Shown here: piece by piece, positions 1 to 10,200 of the stretch
Numbering within the stretch: the stretch's first letter is position 1
Layout: each line of letters begins with the position of its first letter
Assembly: GCA_017507215.1 (NCBI GenBank)
Contig: JAFWBI010000003.1
Location: forward strand, 15,687-79,686
Direction: 5' to 3'
Length of the DNA: 64,000 nt
Source of the DNA: Clostridia bacterium
Lineage (GTDB): Bacteria > Bacillota > Clostridia > Christensenellales > UBA1242
Made by a program: the position numbers and the translations under genes
Notes under the pieces: model-generated
What the model was told of the DNA's origin: nothing
The model's input: only the letters and a program-made list of their open reading frames with translations
Database searches by the model: none

Positions 1-1440
1 GCAAGTGTTGACAAGATGATGCAAGAATTTGTTAAATTCAGCAGTACATACAAAGGTCCAAGTGCAAACTTTGCAAGCGAACTTAAGAAGTATGCTGCTG
101 GTCTTGGAAAACAAAACGAAGAAATGATTAATAAGATTTACAAGAAATATGCAAATATGTTCAGGGGTGGCTTAGGCAAGCTTGAAAATAGTCCAGTTGC
201 TGTTCAACAAAAGAAGATTATGGAAAGCTTTGCTGCAGAACTTAGAAAGTGTCAACAAAGAGTTACTTCAAAGGGTAAGATTCCATCAACTGCTGAAATG
301 AATAACATGTTTGTTGGAAGAACATTCACTGGAGCAACAACAAGAGCTGAAGTTGCACTCCACAGACAAAACGCTGAAGAACTTTCAAGACTTGTGAAAC
401 TTATTAGAGACCAAAAGAACCTTATCAGTTACGATAGTTTGGCCAGCCGTGTAAGTTCAACATTTATGGCTGACTTCATGAGAAATAATCCAAATATTGG
501 CAAAAAATCTGAACAAGCTAAGAAAGCTATGCTTGAGAGTTACTTCACACAAAAACTCAATGAAGCTCTTAAGAAAGCTCACAATGACAACTATCAAAAA
601 TCTGACAAGAACCAACTTGAAAGACTTAATGGTAGAAGAGTGAAGAGAAGCGAAATTGACCACTCTAGGGTATCTCCAGTTCTTGCAAATGCAATGAAGA
701 CTGCAGATAATCCAGCATATCAAAACATCGTTCGTGAATTTAAGTCAGCAACTGAAAAAGTTAAGAACGAACAATTTGCACACGATGAACTTGTTGCAGC
801 TTTGAATAGACTTAAACAATTGCCAAGAACTCCAAAGAATATTGGTAAGACAATTGAACTTCAAAAAGCTGTTGAACAATCTAAGGTTAAACTTAGAACA
901 TTAAACAACATTTTAACTAATGCTAAGAAGAGAAAAGCAGACTACGAAAGAGCGTTTGCTTCAACTGAAATAAAAGAAGCTAAGGCTTCATCAAGGGCTC
1001 GTGCTTATAACAGCTCAACTAGCGTTATGGATAGATACACATTCCCTAAGAAAGATGGAACAGTTATTCAACAAGGTACACAAGATGCTAAACAAGTTCA
1101 AATGCTCGTTACTAATTATGTTCAAAGCTATAGACAAAATATTGAATCTATGCTTAAGAACGAAATTATTGCAAGCAACAACAACTTGAGAAAATACATT
1201 GACGGTATGAGAAGCAAGTTCACTGCCGACTTCGGTAGAAATATGAGATATACAAGAGAAGTTAAAGCAGAACTTAAGAAGTATATCGCAGAGCTTGAAA
1301 AATCAACAAAAGTCGAAGATGTAAGACTCAGAGAAGAACTTATTAGACGTATCGGAGTTATCGATAAAGCTGAACTCACTCTTGAAAGAAGAATGACTGG
1401 TATGAACATCGATATCGCTAACGTTAAACTTAGAAAATAA
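1..1440 (+). CDS. Lys/Glu/Gln-rich, predicted helical soluble protein of unknown function; probably 5'-truncated by the window edge
   Basis: Frame 1 is open from nt 1 (GCA AGT GTT GAC AAG ATG ATG, no stop before the ATG at 16). At least 474 aa with no hydrophobic segment and long basic heptad-like stretches. Same strand as the following ATPase gene and only 106 nt upstream of it. I recognise no family. Confidence 0.6.
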   Translation, partial: ASVDKMMQEFVKFSSTYKGPSANFASELKKYAAGLGKQNEEMINKIYKKYANMFRGGLGKLENSPVAVQQKKIMESFAAELRKCQQRVTSKGKIPSTAEMNNMFVGRTFTGATTRAEVALHRQNAEELSRLVKLIRDQKNLISYDSLASRVSSTFMADFMRNNPNIGKKSEQAKKAMLESYFTQKLNEALKKAHNDNYQKSDKNQLERLNGRRVKRSEIDHSRVSPVLANAMKTADNPAYQNIVREFKSATEKVKNEQFAHDELVAALNRLKQLPRTPKNIGKTIELQKAVEQSKVKLRTLNNILTNAKKRKADYERAFASTEIKEAKASSRARAYNSSTSVMDRYTFPKKDGTVIQQGTQDAKQVQMLVTNYVQSYRQNIESMLKNEIIASNNNLRKYIDGMRSKFTADFGRNMRYTREVKAELKKYIAELEKSTKVEDVRLREELIRRIGVIDKAELTLERRMTGMNIDIANVKLRK

Positions 1441-1456
1441 TAGGAAAAATCAATAA

Positions 1457-1484
1457 ACTTTTGCCACAATTTTGTGGCAAAAGT
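1457..1484 (+). promoter_or_regulatory. Perfect inverted repeat / stem-loop between ORF1 and the ATPase gene (RNA stabiliser, weak terminator or palindromic operator)
   Basis: ACTTTTGCCACAA (1457-1469), TT, TTGTGGCAAAAGT (1472-1484) form 13-nt perfect complementary arms. The following sequence is CCTTATTG, so there is no U-tract and it is not a canonical intrinsic terminator. Confidence 0.5.
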
Positions 1485-1494
1485 CCTTATTGAT

Positions 1495-1523
1495 TTGCTA
1501 GATTTTTCTATATGTTATATACT
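1495..1523 (+). promoter_or_regulatory. Candidate sigma-A promoter for the ATPase/giant-gene transcript
   Basis: TTGCTA (1495-1500), 17-nt spacer, TATACT (1518-1523). The RBS GAGGAG at 1530-1535 precedes the ATG at 1547. Sequence match only. Confidence 0.35.
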
Positions 1524-1546
1524 ATATATGAGGAGAAATTAAGACT

Positions 1547-4231
1547 ATGTCAAGAATGATTCCAAAATCAACGAAAGTTAAAACCCAACTGTTTAAAGGG
1601 CTTAATTTTTCGGATATTTTTGTAGTTTTATTTGCTTTAATTATAGTGGCTCTTGCGATGACCACTTCTTTTAGCATTATTCCAAAATTAGTCATATCAG
1701 GTATCACAGTGTTTATCACAGCAGTACTCTTTATGAGCTTTGAACCTGGTGTTAGGCTTTACAAACAAGTGGGCGACTTATTTAAGTTTTGGTTTGGTAT
1801 CAACACATATAAGAAGGGTAGAGGAAATGGAAAAAACAACGTTAAGCAACTTATGCCATACGTTGGTATCTTAGAACAAGAATATGACGAAAAACGTCAA
1901 ATCGGTATCATCGACTACAAAGAATATTTCGGTGCTGCTCTTGAAATTAACTCAATCCAGTTCTATATGCTTTCAGAGCAAAGACAAAACACTTATATCG
2001 AAACACTTGAAAGTGCATTTAAAACAATCTCAACTGAAGACCTTGGTGCACTTTACAAATTTCAAAGACCAATGGTTTTCGACAACTATATCGAAAACGA
2101 ATGCGTTAAAAGAGAAGAAATTTTAGACTCCGTTCGTAACGGTTCAACAAACATCAACGAAGCTAGACCAAGACTTGAAATTGCTGAAGCACGTATCAAG
2201 AACCTTGAGTCAATGAACGTTGACAGTGAATTTCCAGTTTTAAAAGACCACATGTACATCGCGTTCTATTGTAAGAACATTAGAAACTTGATTCAAGTTG
2301 TTAACTTTGTTCAAAGTACAATTGAAAGTGGTTCGGGTGGTTCAATCGAACCAAAAGTTCTTGACCGTAAGCAAACAGCTATCTTCTTGAAGAGTTATTA
2401 CAATTCAAACTTCGATGAGAGAGAAGTTAAGAATATTGACCCTAAAGATTTGATGGACTGGATTGCTCCAGAAAAAGTAACCTTTGGTATTAAAAGTTGT
2501 AGCATTGACGGAAGTTCATTCTCATTCTTTGAATTATCAGAATTTCCACTTGCAGTTCCAAACGCATGGGGAAGAACATTCTTCTCAGTGCCTGGTGCAA
2601 GAATCTGCTGTAAATTCAGACCAGTTGAACAAGGCGAATCAGAAAAACGTCTTGATAAGGCTATTATTGATATCAGAATCAGTGCTTCTGAAGGTAGTAA
2701 AAAGGCTTCTGCTATTATGGAAACCGAAACTCACCTTAAAACACTTACTGAACTTATGACCTATATCAAGCAAGGTTCCGAAGTTCTTTTCGACACAAAT
2801 ATTTACATGATGATTGAAACCGAACAAAAGAAAGCCTTCAGAACACAAATTATGAGAGCCGGCTTTAGAGCATATGACCTTTTTGGTAAACAAAAAGAAG
2901 GTTTTACAAACTGTAACGTTTCAAGACGTATGACAATCACACGTTTTGAAAGGGGTATCAACTCATCATCTCTCGCAGCGATTTTCCCATTCGTATCTGA
3001 CGCGATTCAAGACCCTAAAGGTTTCTATCTCGGTATGAATAGTGAACCGGTGTTCATCGACTTCTTCCAAAGAGATAAAGAAAGAATCAACTCAAACATG
3101 GTTATCATGGGTAAATCTGGTTGCGGAAAATCATTCTGTACCAAGTCAATTCTTGCAAACCTTGCAGCTGACAACAGTAAAATCTTTATTCTTGACCCTG
3201 AAAAAGAATACGATATTATTGCTAGAAACATGTATGGAAAAGTTATTGACGTAGGTTCTGCTAGAGAAGGTAGAATCAACCCACTTCAACCAAACGCTTC
3301 TCAAGACGACGAAGATAGTGGTGGTGGAAACGTAGCTCTTGCGATGCACATGCAGTTCCTTGAAACATTCTTTGGTATGATTCTTGAAGGTATCACCATG
3401 GACGGTATGGAACTTTTGAACGAAGCGCTTAAAGAGCTTTATGGTAAGTTTGGTATCAACAACCAAACACAGATTGAAAAAGTTAAGCCTGAACAGTTCC
3501 CAATCATGCAAGACTTATATAACTATATTTGTGAAAAGCATGACAACGCAACTGATGACTATAACAGAAACAACTACAAGATTTTAAAAATCTATTTAAA
3601 CAAATTTGCTGAAGGTGGTAGAAATGCTCAGCTTTGGAACGGTCCTTCAACAATTTCTTCAGCAGAAAACTTTATCGTGTTTAACTTCCAGTCACTTCTT
3701 GCTAACAACGCCGGTGCCGTTGCTAACGCGCAAATGCTTCTTATCATGAGATGGCTCAACAACGAAGTTATTAACAATAAAGACTATAACGCGAAATATC
3801 ATACAACTCGTAAGATTATCGTCGTTATCGACGAAGCCCACGTATTTATCGACCCTAAACAAACCGTTGCTCTTGACTTCATGCAGCAGATGGCTAAACG
3901 TATTCGTAAATATGCTGGTTCGCAAATCGTTATTACACAAAACATTAAAGACTTTACTGGTTCGCCTGAAATTGCTAGAAAATCAACAGCTATTATCAAC
4001 GCGTGCCAATACTCACTCATTTTCGCGCTTGCTCCACAAGATATGAATGACCTTGTTATTCTTTATGAAAAAGCAGGTAAGATTAATGAAAAAGAACAAG
4101 AAACGATTACTACAAACCCAAGAGGACGTGCGTTCTTGATGACAAGTACTTATTCAAGAACCAACGTAGACGTACTCGTGAACGACAGAATCCGTAACTT
4201 GTTTGAAAAATTACGTGAAGATGCAACATAA
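1547..4231 (+). CDS. VirB4/TraE-class type IV secretion ATPase with fused N-terminal PrgI/VirB3-like 2-TM segment (894 aa)
   Basis: The N-terminus (KVKTQLFKGLNFSDIFVVLFALIIVALAM ... ISGITVFITAVLFMSF) has the PrgI/TcpE/Orf17 pattern. Walker A is MGKSGCGKSF (nt ~3107-3136). FILDPEKEYDIIA...GRINPLQ follows, then Walker B IIVVIDEAHVFID (nt ~3821-3841) and RKYAGSQIVITQNIKDF. These are all hallmark blocks of Gram-positive VirB4 (AAA_10/CagE_TrbE_VirB) proteins. Confidence 0.85.
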   Translation: MSRMIPKSTKVKTQLFKGLNFSDIFVVLFALIIVALAMTTSFSIIPKLVISGITVFITAVLFMSFEPGVRLYKQVGDLFKFWFGINTYKKGRGNGKNNVKQLMPYVGILEQEYDEKRQIGIIDYKEYFGAALEINSIQFYMLSEQRQNTYIETLESAFKTISTEDLGALYKFQRPMVFDNYIENECVKREEILDSVRNGSTNINEARPRLEIAEARIKNLESMNVDSEFPVLKDHMYIAFYCKNIRNLIQVVNFVQSTIESGSGGSIEPKVLDRKQTAIFLKSYYNSNFDEREVKNIDPKDLMDWIAPEKVTFGIKSCSIDGSSFSFFELSEFPLAVPNAWGRTFFSVPGARICCKFRPVEQGESEKRLDKAIIDIRISASEGSKKASAIMETETHLKTLTELMTYIKQGSEVLFDTNIYMMIETEQKKAFRTQIMRAGFRAYDLFGKQKEGFTNCNVSRRMTITRFERGINSSSLAAIFPFVSDAIQDPKGFYLGMNSEPVFIDFFQRDKERINSNMVIMGKSGCGKSFCTKSILANLAADNSKIFILDPEKEYDIIARNMYGKVIDVGSAREGRINPLQPNASQDDEDSGGGNVALAMHMQFLETFFGMILEGITMDGMELLNEALKELYGKFGINNQTQIEKVKPEQFPIMQDLYNYICEKHDNATDDYNRNNYKILKIYLNKFAEGGRNAQLWNGPSTISSAENFIVFNFQSLLANNAGAVANAQMLLIMRWLNNEVINNKDYNAKYHTTRKIIVVIDEAHVFIDPKQTVALDFMQQMAKRIRKYAGSQIVITQNIKDFTGSPEIARKSTAIINACQYSLIFALAPQDMNDLVILYEKAGKINEKEQETITTNPRGRAFLMTSTYSRTNVDVLVNDRIRNLFEKLREDAT

Positions 4232-4255
4232 TAAATAGGAGACAAAACTAGAGTT

Positions 4256-7200
4256 ATGATTAGACTATATTCATTTTTAATAAGTTTATTTTCGGCAGAG
4301 CGTGGCTCTAGTTTTTTGTCTGCTGCTGGTGGAATTTGGGGCTTCTTTGGAGTGCTTGGAAAGTTTATCGTTCGAGTTATCGCAAACTTTTTTGCAAAAT
4401 GTGCTAACTTCTTAAAAGAAGCTTCATGGGCCATCATTAAATTCGTACTTGGAATTGTTGATGCTTTTCAATTCATGATTGAAGAATTTTTAGGTATTTC
4501 TAGAGATTCAGAAGGTATGATGCACGGTGTGACCGTTGACGAAATGGTTACATATGCAGAAAACAACCAATCTGGGGCAACAAGTTTCCTTTCAGTACTT
4601 TCAACAACATTCAGAGCTATTTTAGCTGTTTCAATTGTGCTTTTGATTATCTTTACAATTATTGCAATCATAAGACAAGAGTACACTGCAGCAACTCAAG
4701 CAGCTTCTGACGGCAACAGCAATGATAAACGACCTATCATTATGGGTATGTTTAAAAAGATGCTTTATATCATTTTGTTGCCTTTGACAATGATATTTAT
4801 TATTACTGGTGTGAATTCCATTCTCGCTGCGTTTTCTCGAGCTATGAGTGGACAGGTGAATATGACTATTGCGTCACAAATTCTCGCCACTTCAACTTAT
4901 GACTCGAATAAATATCGTTATTACGCGCAACAAGATAGAAGGGTTCCAATCGTTATCAACACATATAATCCTGACGATTATGACCCAGATGAAAATGATT
5001 TGCTTGTTCAAAAAATCAAATCAATTTCAGTTCAAGGTAAGTTGCAAGACACAATTGTTAACATTAACAACAGAAACTTGTTGACTTTCAAAGAAGCCTT
5101 GACATACAAAAATAACAGACTGACAAACAGTGTTGAGTATGGTGATTTCTATGAACAATTCATCTGTACTCCTGAGCAATATCAAGTTATGGCTGACTTT
5201 GTTGATTATGCTCAAAAAACAAACTTAAACTTCCAAATCAGGTCACTTGATGACCCAGCAATCGAATGGAAATATGTTGATTCAGCCGTGTTCAATGCAA
5301 ATGATGTTTCACTTAAAATCAACTATCACGATTTGAACGATTTGAACAATAATGGAAGTGTTAAAGATTCATACACAATTGAATATTCAACAAGTTTTGA
5401 AGTTACATCTCCAATCACCGATTCAATGAAGACTATTCAAGCACTTCTTGGTATTGATGAGTATGCTGATAATCTTTATAAGACAATGGAAAGAGATGAA
5501 AATTCAGTTAACCTTGTTAACTGGCAAAATGAGAAAGTTTTGATTCAGCTTTCAGAAGACTTTGTGTTGAATAATCCAAGTTCATGGAGCAGGTTAGACC
5601 AACTCATTATGTATGAATATTATCACTTTGCTTCAAACAATACTTTTGGAAACTATTCAATTCAAGATTTGATGGAAGGCGTTGAACTTGACGCTGCGCA
5701 AATCGTTTATAGAGAATATTATCCTGAAGCAAATGCTTATTCAGCAGAAAGAACAAAAGATTGTGTTAAAATCAATGGTTCATATTACAACACCGTTAAA
5801 GACCCAAGAAAAACCGATTCTTATGGAAATGTTTATTACGTTTTGAAAGATTCACTTGTTGATGAAAATGGTGTTAGCGTTAGCGACACAACATTCTTAA
5901 ACAACGAATATGCAAGAATTGAAAAAGTTGAAGGTAGTGCAGCAAGATTGCTTTTGACAGGAAAGAGCACAGGTTTTAATGTTAACAATCCTGCAACTTG
6001 GGCATATTCAGACCAAATTTTAATCTATGAATTTTTCAGTGATTTAACATATAACAACATGCTTTATATCTACGATTTTAGTGAATTTATGGGTGTTGAC
6101 ACCAATGATGATGGCGACCTTGACAAATTCGTAGATGTTCCTGTTTATAAAATCACACATGCTGGTTTAGACGGAACAACTGAAAAAGATGATTTAAATG
6201 GCATTTATGTTCTTTTGAATGGAACATATTATAAAGTTAAAGAAGCAAATTCTTCTATCTATCATGGTGACACCGGTGTTAATCTTTATTCGCTTTGGGG
6301 AGATAAAGATGACACATCAAACAACTTCATTAATGAAGCAACACCATACACAGATAATTTGTATTATAATTACACAATAACTCTTGATGCTGGTTATGCT
6401 GATGCTTATGGCATCACAACAGAAACAGGTAATGCACTTTCTGCAGACCATATTGTGAGCAGAGTTGAAACTGCAACAAACATTAGCACTTTAACACCTG
6501 CATTTGTTCCTCTTGAACAAGACGATACTAACTATTTGAAATATAGCAGTTATTCAATTTCACTTTCAAGAAACTTTGACTTTGCAGATGTAAACACTTG
6601 GACATATAAAGATTACTTCTTATTCTATTTGTATTCATGCTATCCAAAAATTACTGGTAATTTAGGTCTTGATTCACTTAGAATTGCTGGACTTTCTGGA
6701 AATGTTGGAAAAATTGGTGGAACTTATGTTTTCCAAGTTAAGTATGATAAATACAATCCAGGTGGTGGCGTTCAAGATTTATATCTTTATATCGATATTG
6801 ATAAGTCACGTGCAATTTCAGACATGCTTATCAATAGAAAAATTAATTCAATCAACCTTGGACAGCTTATGACAGCAAATAGGGTTGATAACACAAATGA
6901 ATTGTTTATCAACGTTAATGTTGATGATTTAAAAACTGCACACAGTGAAGTGCATAAATTCAATCTCTCTGAAGGATTCTTAGAAACCGTTCCAGGAAGT
7001 TGGACAGTGTTAGACTATATTTTATACACATTCAGCGAGCAGGATAAAATTTCTTCAGTAGCTGATATTAAAGAAAAGGGATATTCTTCAGTTAAGTATA
7101 TCTTAGAGAATGATGTCGTTTATCAACTTGGACCATCAGCTGAAAAAACATACTTGAGCTTAAATGGAATCAATTCACTCGTTGATATTGATAACAACTC

Positions 7201-10200
7201 ACTCAATTTCTTAACAGAAAGAGATTTCTTAGAAATGCCACTTGTTGACTATATTGCAAAACTTTATAGAACAACTTCAAACGAACTTGTGACAAATGAA
7301 GATGGCGTTGTTGATGCTCTTTATAAAGAACTTTCACCATATATCTATGATATTGACACCATGATTGAAATGATTGTTAATAAAAATGGATTTAAACTTG
7401 ATAGTTCAATCGACCCAGCAAGCCCTAACAAGTTTGAAGTTTTCGATAATGTTTCAGAGTTTACATACACACCACTCCCTGGAACAAAAGTTAATGAGAT
7501 GTCAACTTGGACTAGATTTGATGAACTTTTATATGCACTCACTGGTTCATTCCAAACAAAATATACATCAAAAGTAATATATTACAACGATGATAATGGA
7601 ACGACAGATGATGCAACTGACGACACAGAGTATAAGTATTTCGTTGTTGGAAATTATGCTGTTGATATTTCTTCTGACGAAGTGGAAAACCCTGTAGACC
7701 CAGGCAATATGATTGATAATCCATTTAAGTCTACACTTGTAGATGGAAACGTTATCAATTCACCAGACACAAGTTTTGTTGTTGGAACTGACACAATTGA
7801 TGTGTTCTATCAAAATAGATACAAAGATTATGTCATCACAAAAACACCACTTGCTTATAAAAACACAGCAACAACATCTAACTTCGATAGAACATATAAG
7901 AATTTGACTGGTAACAGCATTGTTATTAACACAACATATAATTTATATGTTATTTCATATAATAATGAGCTTTATGTTGAAGTTTATAATGATGATACAA
8001 ACACTTACTATTATGTAAAAATAGATTCTTATTCAACAAACGCTATTGTTTCTGATGTTCAACCTGAAATTGTGAATGGATTTAAAGTTACTGATTATGC
8101 AAATAGTAAATTTAAATACACAAGGGGATTGTCATCAAGCACATATACAGCATTTGATATTGTTTATGAAAAGCTTATGGGGACAGCTTTATTAGTAAAC
8201 ACATCTGTTGAATACGATGTATTCTCAGTTAACGGAAAATTATATATTGAATTTAATAATTCTGGCGTTTTATATTATTTAGAAGTTACAGAAAGTTACG
8301 GCTCAACATTCTCAGTAATGAAGAAGTCGTCAATTAATCCTGTTGACACGGCAAAAGTTGCTGTTGTTGACCCAATGACTTTCGTGTCATTTAATAACAC
8401 TATTGACGAAGAAAGTAATGACCTTCAATTAAGTTCATTAAACTATTCAAAAATCGACGCAATCATTTATTCGATTACTGGCGAAATGAATTCAAAAACA
8501 TATTCAGTGTATAATCGCGGTGGGGAGCTTTATACATATGTTGATAATCAATATGTTAAGGTTAATGATGATTTAGTTGCTAATAAAAACACAGGTCATT
8601 TAGCTGAAAATGAAACAGAATTTCCAACAATCACGCTTAATCCAACAAATTATCAAATTCAAAGCGCACCTGTTTCAACATTATATGAAAACTATTATGA
8701 AAGTTTGATTGTTGAAGTTATTGGTTCAGTAATAACAGCAAGTGCAACTGAGGTTACTTATAGTTATGTTAAAAATGATGCAAGATTAGATATCACAAAT
8801 ATCTCACCATTTGCTTTAATCTTAGCAAAGAAAGGCTTAATCAACTTAAACACAACTGAAGAAGTTGAAATTTCTGGAACCGTTGTAACATCACAACGTG
8901 GCAGAAAATATTTCAAATTCAATGGTTCTCTTAATGGAAACCCACTTCAATTTAATGTGGATATTACAGATATTGCACACACATTTGTTGATGAAACAGA
9001 CACATCAAGTGTTAAACTTATCGATAATGCTGTTGCAAAATATGAAATGGTTTTAAGATATATGCTTTTGAACAATGGGGTTACAGAAAGCGAATATATT
9101 TCATCACTCACTTCATATAAGAATGACAGACAAGATTATTATGAAGTTCTTACAACTGATAAAAACACATTGAAAACTCCAATTGAAAAAACAGCTGGTT
9201 TTGATTTTAAAGAGCCAACTGCATCTGATTGGACAATCTATAACCTTTTGGTTTATAACCTTACTGGTTTTGCACCAGCAGAAGAAGCGATTGTTTACAT
9301 CGACGCTGCTGGTAACAGATATGTTGAAATCACAGATGGCATGAGCAGTGTTTATACTCAAATTTCACTTGGAACAAATATTATCTCAACATTGTTCACA
9401 AAGATTGAAACAACATCTGTAAACTATGAAAAGAAGAATGCAAGTGGTGAATATACTCCACTTGGAATTATTGCTTCAAAAGCAACAGATGTAGATAATG
9501 GCACAATCACTAAAGTTTTAGTTGATGATATGAATTTCTATTTCTTAGTTGACGGAATTGCTGGAACATATTCAGCTGTTTACGGACTTAATGAAGATGC
9601 TATTAGAAGCAAAAATACAGAAGGTCTTTATTCATATTACTTTGCAGGAAGTGCAACAGTTTCTAACTGGTCGGTGTTTGACACACTTATTGCACTCGTT
9701 GCAAACACAACATCTTCAAAAACATATCTTTCAAATATTTATATTTATGGCTCAAATGCCTACTATTTAATTAATGAAGATTTTGTTAACCTTTCAAAGA
9801 TTCGAGTGCTTACAAGCGCAGGGGTCGACAATATCTTTAATAGAATCGGTGACGATGCTCTTGATATCAATTATCAACTTTCACCAGCCGTTACACCACT
9901 TAAAAACTTTTACAATTCAACAACAGTAGGACATAAGGCTGTTACGGTTATTGATGACATCAACTCACTTGTTCCTGATGTTGATGACGATGATGATGAC
10001 GATGAAGAAAGCAACAGAATTTATTTCTCAGAAGATTTTGATATTAGTGATTTTTCAACTTGGACACATGCAGATTTGATTTTATATTACATGTTTGTTG
10101 AATATCCAAATTATTTCTCAAATGCATCTGTTACAATTTCAAACTTCCAACAATTGATTGAACAAGGATATGCTCCTGCATACGAATTTAATCACATTGT

